Source: a virus (Duplodnaviria > Heunggongvirae > Uroviricota > Caudoviricetes). Taken from it: a DNA stretch of 64,000 nt. Under the pieces are notes generated by a model. The model was not told where the DNA came from. It worked only from the letters and a program-made list of their open reading frames with translations, and did not search any database. The DNA lies in IMG/VR virus record IMGVR_UViG_2623620505_000001. One strand, given 5' to 3'. Position 1 is the stretch's first letter. The number at the start of each line of letters is the position of its first letter. Shown piece after piece: positions 9,731 through 19,900 of this stretch. Both the position numbers and the translations under genes were made by a program.

Positions 9731-9976
9731 TCAATGTCTGGCTTTTTTTCTATAGAAATCACCTGGAAGGGTGAATATCCACATCAGAAGAAATGTTGCA
9801 GCAAACATGATCCCTAATGGCCAGACCGCGCCAAAGAAAATCCATACTAAGATCTTCTCTGCTTGTTCTTTGCGGTCGATATCGACAAGCATTTTTCGGC
9901 TGATCATGTATACACAGAAGCCAATACAAACATATCCTGCAAAAGCGATCGCTAACTGTAAAAAATCAGATTGCAT
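9731..9976 (-). CDS. small two-TM membrane protein (track ORF 9731..10057 trimmed to internal ATG because upstream part overlaps repL)
   Basis: Hydrophobic segments LAIAFAGYVCIGFCVYMI and ILVWIFFGAVWPLGIMFAATFLLMWIF. Confidence 0.4.
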   Translation of the reverse strand: MQSDFLQLAIAFAGYVCIGFCVYMISRKMLVDIDRKEQAEKILVWIFFGAVWPLGIMFAATFLLMWIFTLPGDFYRKKARH

Positions 9977-10026
9977 CTCCGACCTCAAACTGAAAACGCC
10001 AGGTAACTCCAGATTAGAGCAATCTA

Positions 10027-10872
10027 TCACCCTCTGAATCCTGCCGGTATACCCCATTGTTCGTTATCTTTATTTTTGGCTAAAACCGCATTAAGAGCTT
10101 CGTTTACCGTCATGCAATGCGGCAGATTATCGAAGTTTGATACCCCGCCAATATCAGGAGAACGCTTGTTCTTCAGGTAAGCATATTTCCGCGCTGCCGC
10201 CTCTACTTTCTGCTTGAACTCATGTTTTTGTGCGCGTTTTTTGGATAACCGCAGATTGTCAGCCTTTGCTTTTGTCTCAGCGATCCATGAAGTCAATTTT
10301 TTGAGTCTGATCGTTCCGGCACCGCCGGAAACTGATCTTTTTGTTTTTTTAACTTGTGACTTCTTATTCTTTATTGCCACGTCATCCTGACATGGGGAGG
10401 GGGTATCATTTTGACATGGGGGTGTGGATAAAAAATTAAATAAAGCCAATGTCTTAGCGAGAACAGCTTTAACCTTGGTTGCCGCTGAAGAGATCTTTAA
10501 TTTGCTTTCAATCAGCGCATTTTTGGCTTGTTGTGCGAAGGCCAAAAAGGATGGTGTAAACCGGTACAGGTTAGCGCGACGTTCACGGTGATCGCCGATA
10601 ACAATCTCTACAGATAGAATTCCTTTGTTTACAGCTTCACGGAATGCACGAACGACGGTTGATTGGCTATAACCAGTTTCTGCCGCGATCAGGCGGTGGG
10701 GCTTGTGAATGAAGTATTCACTGGTTGTTGCCGCGAGATTTGCACATTGCGACAGGATATGCCCGGCGCTACGGGATAGACCGGAGTGTGTTACAAAGAA
10801 GGCCAATTCATAGCCAGAAAAAGTAAAATCGCTCATCGTTATACAGCTCAGGAAAGTGACTTTAGCCAGCAT
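10027..10872 (-). CDS. repL: lytic replication protein RepL
   Basis: 281 aa (size of P1 RepL as I recall), downstream of kilA and of a C1-operator-like site, as in the P1 kilA-repL operon. Confidence 0.8.
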   Translation of the reverse strand: MLAKVTFLSCITMSDFTFSGYELAFFVTHSGLSRSAGHILSQCANLAATTSEYFIHKPHRLIAAETGYSQSTVVRAFREAVNKGILSVEIVIGDHRERRANLYRFTPSFLAFAQQAKNALIESKLKISSAATKVKAVLAKTLALFNFLSTPPCQNDTPSPCQDDVAIKNKKSQVKKTKRSVSGGAGTIRLKKLTSWIAETKAKADNLRLSKKRAQKHEFKQKVEAAARKYAYLKNKRSPDIGGVSNFDNLPHCMTVNEALNAVLAKNKDNEQWGIPAGFRG

Positions 10873-10901
10873 TACAATGCTGGTGGTTCTTACTACGTCT
10901 G

Positions 10902-11702
10902 TTAGCGCGTTGCCGCGACAGGTACCAGCACACCAGCATCAAGCAATCGCTTCATCAGCCACTGCTGACCTTTGCCGGTTATACGAGTCGTGAAAGAAAT
11001 CCTGCTTCCATTGCTTGTATCGATCACGGTTTCTTTAAGGGTGAAATACCCACGGGATATGTATTCTTGTTTGGGGACGTTCCTGCGTTCACCGGTTGCG
11101 ATCAGAATTCCGTTATCACGCAACCAGGTGAAGAGATAGTTTTGGCCCAGGCCGAGCACTTTGGCATAGTTGCCGATTAGAACCCCGCTGGCGGTAGCAA
11201 CGCGTTCGGCGAATTCGACTTTAGGTGCATCCATCAGCATTTTTTGCTCCAGCCGTTGCTTTTGCTCTGCCAGGTCAGCAGCCAAACGGAGAGCTTCTGG
11301 GAGGCTCTTCGGAATAGCAGGTTGTAATCTTCCGGCTCGATAGTCGATAAATGTCTGGTTTACCTTCAGCCGAAACGCGGGAGAAATCCAGCCTGCGTAC
11401 TCCACTGCGAGCAATTCATGGGCAAAAGTGCCGCCGCCACGGCCTTCGAACGAAACTATGCAATTCTGCATAGTCTCTTTTTCAAGCTCTTCGATGAGCT
11501 GTTTGGCTGACAGCGTTCTTAGCCATTGAGCTGGCGCTTTATGGGCACCGAGTCCGCTCGCTCTGTGTAGAGCATTAAGGTTGTAACGGCCAGCGCGGTC
11601 GGTCGTAATTTCAACACCACAAATAACGGGCAGAGTGGTTGAAGGATCGACATTTTGATGAAGGTTTGATATATTCATATCCGCATTGAATGTTTGTTGC
11701 AT
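10902..11702 (-). CDS. kilA: KilA (KilA-N domain plus antirepressor-type C-terminal domain)
   Basis: 266 aa; C-terminal 130 aa clearly homologous to C-terminus of neighbouring Ant (LPEALRLAA.LAEQK...GKGQQWL). Confidence 0.8.
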   Translation of the reverse strand: MQQTFNADMNISNLHQNVDPSTTLPVICGVEITTDRAGRYNLNALHRASGLGAHKAPAQWLRTLSAKQLIEELEKETMQNCIVSFEGRGGGTFAHELLAVEYAGWISPAFRLKVNQTFIDYRAGRLQPAIPKSLPEALRLAADLAEQKQRLEQKMLMDAPKVEFAERVATASGVLIGNYAKVLGLGQNYLFTWLRDNGILIATGERRNVPKQEYISRGYFTLKETVIDTSNGSRISFTTRITGKGQQWLMKRLLDAGVLVPVAATR

Positions 11703-11772
11703 TTTTTCTCCAAATTTGCATCAACCTTCAATCACCAGCTCGAAATGGTGATTCTTTGCACTTAGAAAACGA

Positions 11773-11789
11773 AATTTATTAGAGCAAAT
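11773..11789 (-). promoter_or_regulatory. C1 operator-like site upstream of kilA-repL
   Basis: Reverse strand reads TTTGCTCTAATAAATTT vs known P1 C1 operator consensus ATTGCTCTAATAAATTT. Confidence 0.65.
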
Positions 11790-11866
11790 TTTTCTGACTC
11801 GATCCAGATCGGGTTGGACGATCTGCTCAGAAACCTGCCAGTTTGCTGGCAGGTTTTTTTCTTTTG

Positions 11867-12901
11867 TTAACCTATTGCTACTGGTTTTAACAAACCAGCA
11901 TCAAGTAGCTTGCGAGTTAACCACTGCTGGCCTTTACCCGTTAATTGTGGCGTCAGCCGTATCTGATAGCCATTTTCATCATCCAGCACCACTTCTTTCA
12001 CCGTGAAATACCCGGCGTTAATGTACTGCTGGCGCGGTACGTTTTTGCGCGCACCAAAAGCCATGAGAATGCCGTTCTGGCGCAACCATGAGAAAAGGGC
12101 GTTTTGCTTAAGTCCAACGACCTTTGCAAAGTTACCGATCAGGATTCCATTAGCCACTGATACCCGGTCGGCAAAATCGACTTTAGGTGCTGCGGCCACC
12201 AGCTGTTGTTCCAGATGCATTTTCTGTTCTGCCAACTCGGCAGCCAGGCGTAGGGCTTCTGGTAATGTTTGGGGGATCGATGGGGTAGGGGAGTTTGCCT
12301 GCTGTAATTCTTCCAGTTTGTCGATCAGCGAACGGCGGACCGCTTTTGACTCGCGCGCGGCAACTCGCAGGGCTTGTTTGTAGGTCATGGTTATAATATC
12401 TATTTCTGCGCCGTTTTTTTGACCTACGAAAATTTCGTAGGTTTCTCCTTCAAGCTCATCCTTAACTCTGGCAATGAAATCATTGTTGCGAACTGGTTTT
12501 TCGCTACATAATTTCCGTGCCTCATTGACCATCTTCAACAATGTTTGGCTGTCGATTGTGTCTCCGGTGTTGGGGATGACATTCAGGGCTGGTGCTGGCG
12601 TAGCTGAAGCAACAGGTGCTGGTTTTTCAACATTTAAATTATTACCGGTCATTCTATGTGCCTCCTTTCTCATTTCTGCTGCCACTGTTGCGTAACGTAG
12701 ACGTCCTTGTTCAATCAAATAATCCCTGATCTCGGCTATCAGTAGCCTGTTGATCACAGCCTTATCTGTTCGGGTATAAAAACGCCTGGTTATCATGAAA
12801 TAGTTGGCAATTGCGCCGGGGATCTCCCGTGTCGGCATACAGATTGTATGCAAGGCGATCGCTTCGGCTATTTCATTACGGGTGACGAGAGGTGTTTTCA
12901 T
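11867..12901 (-). CDS. ant1: antirepressor Ant (Ant1; in-frame internal start may give Ant2)
   Basis: 344 aa downstream of icd; shares C-terminal domain with KilA; immI gene order icd-ant. Confidence 0.8.
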   Translation of the reverse strand: MKTPLVTRNEIAEAIALHTICMPTREIPGAIANYFMITRRFYTRTDKAVINRLLIAEIRDYLIEQGRLRYATVAAEMRKEAHRMTGNNLNVEKPAPVASATPAPALNVIPNTGDTIDSQTLLKMVNEARKLCSEKPVRNNDFIARVKDELEGETYEIFVGQKNGAEIDIITMTYKQALRVAARESKAVRRSLIDKLEELQQANSPTPSIPQTLPEALRLAAELAEQKMHLEQQLVAAAPKVDFADRVSVANGILIGNFAKVVGLKQNALFSWLRQNGILMAFGARKNVPRQQYINAGYFTVKEVVLDDENGYQIRLTPQLTGKGQQWLTRKLLDAGLLKPVAIG

Positions 12902-13119
12902 AAACCCCCCTGAACGTCGGCAGAGAAGGGGAGGCTCCAGTAACTAAGTGAATTGCGCGAGTTAGTTGAAAAACGGGCAGTAAAAATGCAGGGGCCATCA
13001 GGCAATTGAGAGCGTGCTTCGTCTTCTGTTGCTGCGATAACGAAGTGATAGTGGTGTTTTTTACAGGAATAGAAACGCCAGATGAATTCTTGGCGTGCGC
13101 AAGGATTGGCATTAACCAT
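12898..13119 (-). CDS. icd: Icd (cell-division inhibitor, immI leader ORF)
   Basis: 73-aa ORF overlapping ant start; size and position as P1 icd. Confidence 0.6.
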   Translation of the reverse strand: MVNANPCARQEFIWRFYSCKKHHYHFVIAATEDEARSQLPDGPCIFTARFSTNSRNSLSYWSLPFSADVQGGL

Positions 13120-13129
13120 AGTTACGGCC

Positions 13130-13330
13130 TCACTAACAGGTTTAACAACCTGCTACCCGCTGCTAAACAGGTGGCAGGACGTGACGGGGTTAGCAGACTG
13201 GCGTTAGTGAAACCAGCAGGCCGAAGCCTCCCCATCACGCCCCACCATAATTTGGGCGTAACGCGGTTTTACGGACACAAAAATACCGCAATATCGGATA
13301 TCTGCGGTTGTCCGCACTAACATTCAGGCT
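13130..13330 (-). ncRNA. c4: region expected to encode c4-like antisense repressor RNA (exact ends not determined)
   Basis: Known: in P1 c4 RNA lies between the operator-controlled promoter and icd. Seen: operator-like site at 13434-13450 and repeated CTGCTAAC/TAGCAG complementary elements. Boundaries are inference. Confidence 0.3.
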
Positions 13331-13433
13331 GCTAAACCCGGTCGCAGAATTTGCTACGACGGCGGAACTATAAGCCTGAACGATTAAAAGGTCAATATGA
13401 TGCGAAAAGATAGCATTCGCGACTTAAAAATAC

Positions 13434-13450
13434 AAATTTATTAGAGCATT
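13434..13450 (-). promoter_or_regulatory. C1 operator-like site at immI promoter
   Basis: Reverse strand AATGCTCTAATAAATTT (1 mismatch to consensus). Confidence 0.65.
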
Positions 13451-13546
13451 GTGTGCTTAATAAATACACAATTGGATCTAATAACCTCTTTTTTTTAAAG
13501 GCGAAAATATGTACCCTAAATGAGTTATAAGGCAGGTGAGGTTATA

Positions 13547-14194
13547 ATGAGAAAACTATTACTACCGTTATTATTTATGGCTGGGACTGTTAATGCAGCA
13601 TCAAGCGTAAAGGAGATTTGTACCGATTATACGAAATACCTTGGGCACGTTTACGGCTTTGCTGTCAGTCAAGACGAATCCATGCGCAAGAAGTTACTGT
13701 CAGATATGAAACGCCTTAAACTTTCTGAAGCGATGGTGCAGCAAGAACTGTATAAAGTCGCAACCAACGAAAATGCTAAATATCAATATTCTCGCCTGTT
13801 AAATCCCGACGCAAACGAGATCAATCGAAGCTCTTTCGATTATATGGTAAAGGCATGCGAAACCGCTCCTGATTTTGCTATTCCTAGCTGGGGTGTGCTG
13901 GTGGCGAGCAATGCCGTTAATAAAGAAGACGTTGGAAGAAATGGCATTGACTCAATCAGAAATGCCCCTGGAATGCGCCATCAAAACGTGCAGGGTACGC
14001 TTGAAGAGCGGGCCAGGGGGCCGGGTACAAACTCCCCAATGGGAAACCTCTCACCAGAGGAATTGCAAGAGTATAACCAACGGATGGAGCAGTATGAGAA
14101 AGCGGCACGCGAACAAATGGAACAACAAAAGAACGGCTCACTTAATACCTTTCAGCAAGGTTTAAAAGCGCTTAATTTACCATATGAATGGTAA
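13547..14194 (+). CDS. secreted protein with signal peptide; candidate superinfection-exclusion (Sim-like) protein
   Basis: Track ORF 13520..14194 trimmed to ATG at 13547 with GGTGAGG RBS; signal peptide MRKLLLPLLFMAGTVNA; shares PGMR..VQGTLEERAR motif with Sit. Sim assignment is positional inference. Confidence 0.5.
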   Translation: MRKLLLPLLFMAGTVNAASSVKEICTDYTKYLGHVYGFAVSQDESMRKKLLSDMKRLKLSEAMVQQELYKVATNENAKYQYSRLLNPDANEINRSSFDYMVKACETAPDFAIPSWGVLVASNAVNKEDVGRNGIDSIRNAPGMRHQNVQGTLEERARGPGTNSPMGNLSPEELQEYNQRMEQYEKAAREQMEQQKNGSLNTFQQGLKALNLPYEW

Positions 14195-14255
14195 ATATAT
14201 TATGGATAACCAATTAAAATATTGATAATCGTTAATATCCAAAGGAGATAAATTA

Positions 14256-14732
14256 ATGCGCATCAAACGATTTTTTCTAATTCTTGCTTTGCTTACTCCA
14301 TTTTCATCAATGGCAAATGTAAGCAAATGGTCAACCGGCGAGACTCATGGTGTTCGTTCTTATGCTGTTTCCAGCAAAGATAATTATACGCTTACATTTG
14401 AGTGCGATGTTGGATTTAATAATACGGATCCCAATCAAGTAGGAACACGACTACTCACTCTCATGAAAACAGAACCTGGCGGTGAGTCATTTGATGCTAA
14501 AAAAGAACAAATAACGCTGAAAGTTGGTGATGATGAATATCCTATAAGTTCTATCGGTTCCTCTGTGGGTGATAGTTACTGGTATGGTTTTTGGTCAGAT
14601 ACCCCTGATATGGAAGTAAAAACATTCGATGCATACGTAGACGGAAAAAAAATTGCAACATTTACGCTACGTAAGGCCGCAGAGCTTTTCAACGCGGCAC
14701 CTGAAGATGGCTGCCTGAAGCGCGCAAAATGA
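14256..14732 (+). CDS. secreted protein (signal peptide MRIKRFFLILALLTPFSSMA)
   Basis: 158 aa, strong RBS AAAGGAGA, cleavable signal peptide. Confidence 0.5.
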   Translation: MRIKRFFLILALLTPFSSMANVSKWSTGETHGVRSYAVSSKDNYTLTFECDVGFNNTDPNQVGTRLLTLMKTEPGGESFDAKKEQITLKVGDDEYPISSIGSSVGDSYWYGFWSDTPDMEVKTFDAYVDGKKIATFTLRKAAELFNAAPEDGCLKRAK

Positions 14733-14766
14733 CCTGTCACAAATGACTACTCGTAGAATCGGTTAA

Positions 14767-15357
<591 letters not shown>

Positions 15358-15367
15358 GGGGGCTGAT

Positions 15368-15979
15368 ATGGGGCTTAATGTTGCTTCAGTAAAGTCTTAT
15401 GTATCTTCGGCATTAACGACGACATTATTTGGCTCCGGCGTTGGTGAGCGGGAAGTTGGCAAGCTGACGTCAATCATCATGAACAAAATGCTGTTCGCGC
15501 AAGGATGGCAGTTCTCTGTCGAAGTTGATGGTCTGGAGGGGGCAGACTTCTTTGCTAAAGACATTACCTACCACGATTACAGCATCGAATATGAAACGAT
15601 TAAAATCGGCGGAGGGAATATCCTTCAGCCAACGGAGCGTTCGCCTGGGCAGATAACAATGATGGTCAGGGATACCGTTGATGGCCTCGTTTTGGACTGG
15701 TTTAAGACGGCAAAAAGTCGGGTGATCAATCCGGACGGTACCGGGAATATACCGTCTAAATATTTGCTCAATGTGCGTATTTATCGGTTGCTGTCCTCCG
15801 GTTTAACCAAACTGGAAAATGAGATGACGGTATTCCCGGTCACTACCGGCGATGTCACCTATGCGCGGGATCAGGTTACGGAATTTAAGTCATTCCCAAT
15901 GACCTTCGCGTTGCACAGCACGTTTAACCAATCCTCAAGTTCTTTAGCTTCCCTTCTGGGCTTTAGTTTTTCGCTTTAA
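15368..15979 (+). CDS. hypothetical tail-module protein
   Basis: 203 aa, translationally close-packed in the block. Confidence 0.45.
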   Translation: MGLNVASVKSYVSSALTTTLFGSGVGEREVGKLTSIIMNKMLFAQGWQFSVEVDGLEGADFFAKDITYHDYSIEYETIKIGGGNILQPTERSPGQITMMVRDTVDGLVLDWFKTAKSRVINPDGTGNIPSKYLLNVRIYRLLSSGLTKLENEMTVFPVTTGDVTYARDQVTEFKSFPMTFALHSTFNQSSSSLASLLGFSFSL

Positions 15980-15993
15980 ATTAAGGAGCAAGG

Positions 15994-16875
15994 ATGCTTT
16001 TACCCCTTTTCCCGCTACCATCGCGGCCAACTGAATTAATCCAGTTCCGTCAGCCAAATATTGCTGATGCGATGCGTTTCAACTCGATAACACCGGAGGA
16101 ACAAGAACAGCAGACAACAGCGTATTTAAAAGCCTTGCTGGCTGAAGCTGCGAAACATGATCCACTGAAATGGACGGCACAGGACCGGATTACCGCGTTA
16201 TGGTGGATATTTACTGGCTCCCGCGAAACACCGATCGAGACATTTACCTACACCTGTAAACATTGCGGTAAAGAGCATTATTACGATTGCGATATGAATG
16301 CTCTGGCTGAAGATATCCAGGTCCTGGAAGTGGAACCGTTCATTGACGATATTGAGGTGTCTGTAGAGGGCGTGCCTTATCAATGGCGTATCGTGCCGCT
16401 TGATGGTTGGGCAATGGAAATGCTGGAGATGCGCCGAGCAGCATTGCCACCTGAAGACGACGCGGAATTCAAAGAAGCGATCGTTGATTTGCGTTTTTGG
16501 GAATTCGCTTATCAGTGTGAACTTTATAACGATGTTAGCGGTACTCGTGAAGAGCAGGCTGAGCGTCGTTATGAAACGATCAAACGGATGGCCATTGATA
16601 CTGAATTTATGAAGCTGGCGGCACACATCCGGCTGGCTCATGAAAAGCTCGAACATGGTTTACCGTGCTACATCGATAAAGGCGAAATGCGTCTTCGTCT
16701 CCCGCCGCACAAATGCCCAAACCAGGATACAAAGGAGTCCACAGAGGGTGCGTATACCCGTCTGTGGGTGCCCTTTCGGGCTACCGACTTCATTCCACAG
16801 GTGGGGATTGAAAAGCTATCAGACCTTAGTGTCCAACCTGGTTTTGTATGGGGGTATACCGATTCAGGACGCTGA
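15994..16875 (+). CDS. hypothetical tail-module protein
   Basis: 293 aa ORF preceding sit. Confidence 0.45.
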   Translation: MLLPLFPLPSRPTELIQFRQPNIADAMRFNSITPEEQEQQTTAYLKALLAEAAKHDPLKWTAQDRITALWWIFTGSRETPIETFTYTCKHCGKEHYYDCDMNALAEDIQVLEVEPFIDDIEVSVEGVPYQWRIVPLDGWAMEMLEMRRAALPPEDDAEFKEAIVDLRFWEFAYQCELYNDVSGTREEQAERRYETIKRMAIDTEFMKLAAHIRLAHEKLEHGLPCYIDKGEMRLRLPPHKCPNQDTKESTEGAYTRLWVPFRATDFIPQVGIEKLSDLSVQPGFVWGYTDSGR

Positions 16876-16956
16876 AAGGCTTACTGAATCCTATGCGTTT
16901 TTCCTGTTGGAGAAACTGGAAGAAAAACTTAAACCGAAACGGTAGGCGATAAGATC

Positions 16957-19900
16957 ATGGAAAGAAAAAACGCCAATATTGACGATGTTATAAGGACAGT
17001 TGAAACCGCCAGCGCGAAAGAGCTGGAAGAGCTTGCAGGTATTCGGGAAGCTGTTGAAGATTTGAAAGGGGAACGAGTTGCAACTGTTGATCCTGTCTCT
17101 CGCAGTGTGTCGGCATTAAATCGCACAATCGAAAATTCACGTCCTGACTTTGTGACCAATGTGCCATCAGTGGACTCTATTGTTGACGCAATGAAACGGC
17201 TTAATTTAGGGGACGTTTCTCGTATACGGGAGGACAAAGTCACTAACCGTGAACAGCAGGCTGCACCAACAGCGCACAATCCCCCAAATAGACGAAGAGA
17301 GGCAATAACAGAGGATGTTAAAGCACAGCGGTTAGAAACGGTCAAACTCGCTCGTGATTTGAAAGGGGAACGCGTTGCAACGGTTGACCCAGTATCTCGC
17401 AGTGTGTCGGCATTAAATCGAACAATCGAAAATTCCCGGCCAGACTTTGTGGCCAATGCGCCATCAGTAGACCCTATTGTTGACGCAATGAAACGGCTTA
17501 ATTTAGGGGACGTTTCTCGTGTAGTTCAGGAGGGCATTGCTCAACAGGAACAGCAGGCCAAATCAACTACACCAAAGGGTAAAAAAAGACGCAGGAAGGC
17601 TATATCAGAGGATATAAAGGCACAACGGACCGAAGCAGCCGAACACGCTCGCGAAATGTTCGATCAAAAAGGCGGTGCGCAAAAAAGCCAAAACCAACGC
17701 GATGCGCGTGGTCGTTTTATTGGAAAGTCAGGGAGTAAGGCCGCAGCGGAAGATGCCCGTGCTGAACGTGCTGAAAAGGCCAGGCGCAAAGAGGATGATG
17801 AGCGTCTAAATGCTGAATCAGGTTTATTAAAAAAACTGTCAAAAGTAGCTGAAGGCATAGGTAACCCTTCAGAGACTCGTGCCGTCGATGCGTTAGGTTA
17901 TGCCGTTGCTGGTCCATTGTGGGCAGCAGGGAAGGAGCTTGGCGGGATATCAAAAGAAGTTGGTGGATCGCTTAATGGCGCCAGAAAGTCTATTGCCGAT
18001 GTGATTCGTGGCAATGACGATAACAGCCGTAGAAAAGGTTTTTTTAGGCGTAAATCGCAAAATAGTGCCGATGTCGTTCAGGTTAACACCCAAAAACGGA
18101 CGGTTCAGGAACTTCAGGAGCAGACCAGCGAAATTAAAGAGGGCAATGACAAGATTCTCAGCGCCCTTGATCAGATAGCCAAAAACACCGGGAAAAAGAA
18201 GGGCGGCTTGCTGTCCAAACTATTTAGCCTGTTAGGGAAGGGGGCCGGTGGCGTCGCGTCGTTGTTAATGGGGCGTGGCATGCTGAAAAAAGCTGGAGCA
18301 CTCGCTTTTGGCGCTCTGGGGGCAAAGAAACTTGTAGGAATGCTACGCGGTGGTGGCAAGAAGACTATCGCCCATGAAGGTGGAGATTTGGCTGCCCGGG
18401 CAGCAGGTAAATTTGGATTAAAGGCAGTTGGTAAAGGGGCGTTACGCGCAATTCCCTTAGTCGGCACAGTGGCTGGAGGTATTTATGATGCGGTAACCGG
18501 TTGGAATGATACAGAAGCGCAACGTCGAGCGTTTGGGCTTAAATCAGGACAAGAGCCATCATTCCAGCAAAAAGCCGCTTATACGTTAGCCAATGTTCTT
18601 GATATGGGGGGACTGGTATCTGGTATTAGCAGCGCCATTGGTGAGGTTCTCAAATCACTTGGATTTGAGGATATCGGCAATATGTTGCAATCATTTTCGA
18701 CGGAAAGTATTGCCCAGGCCATTGATAGTGGGATTACCAACTTAGAAACATATATTTCTAACCTTGGCGACACCATTTCTACCAAGTTCGAAGATTACAC
18801 AGCAAAGATTGGTGATGCTGTTTCAGCATGGTTTAGCGATACATCTAATAAGCTGCTTGAAAAGCTGGATGCCATCAAAGACTTCTTTACTGTTGATAAC
18901 CTGAAACAGGTTTTCAGTGATGCAATTGATAGTGCAATTGATTTCATTAAGAACCCAGGGAAACACATTAAAGAGGCGGCTGGTAATATTTGGGATGGGG
19001 TTAAAAATTTACCTGGTAAAGCATTAGATGCAGCGGTTGATGCCGTTAAAAATACCCCTGCGGCAATGATTGTATCAAAAATACCCAATCCGATCGGCGA
19101 GGCTAATGCGAAAGAAATCACTCCGGAGTTAAAAGCTCCGGTTAATAGCCACCAGGAGACGTCTGATTCTAAAACTGAATCCGATGCCAAACAGAGTAAT
19201 ATTGCTACCCGCGTGATAAATGCGGCACTGGACACAGCGAAAGATAGCAATAAAACAGTTAAACAAACTGCTAATCAGATTATCAATGCAAATGCCGTAG
19301 AAACGGGCAATAGCGCGTTGCAGAAAATTGATAAAGCTATTGGTCAAAATAGCTCGTCATCATCGTCGCTTAATACCACTGGCACCAGGAATGACATTCA
19401 GAAAGCTGCGGATACTTACAACAATGGCAACTTAGATGTAAAAGTCGGAAGTCTTGGCGCTGAAGGTAAGGCAAATCTCGATAAGTTGGCTCCGTATTTT
19501 GCCGAACTAGAGAATAAATACGGTCTTCCAGAAGGCACTCTTTACGCGATTGCTGCAACTGAATCTGGTGGTAATCCGTATGCAAAATCCCAAACCGGTG
19601 CTCTGGGGATGTTTCAGTTCACGGGGATTGCTCGTGAAGAGACTGGCTTAGCTGAAGGTGAATCGTTTGATCCTGTGAAATCGGCAGAAGCTGCGGCTCT
19701 TCTCATGAGCAAGTATCTTAAGCAAGCCAATGGAGACTTAAACGAGGCCATCACTGCATATAATGCTGGGTTTGGCACTATTAATAAGTGGAAAAAAGGC
19801 ACCGGTGACTTATCGAAAGAAAACCGTGAGTACGCGATCAAGGTCAATACTCATCGTGCTCGCTATTTAGGTGGTGAAATCTATACACCTGGAGCAGGAG

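Noticed and set aside
16929-17456. 175-aa minus-strand ORF antisense to sit
   Set aside because: Open frame is created by the 165-bp internal repeats of sit; repetitive translation, no start signals.
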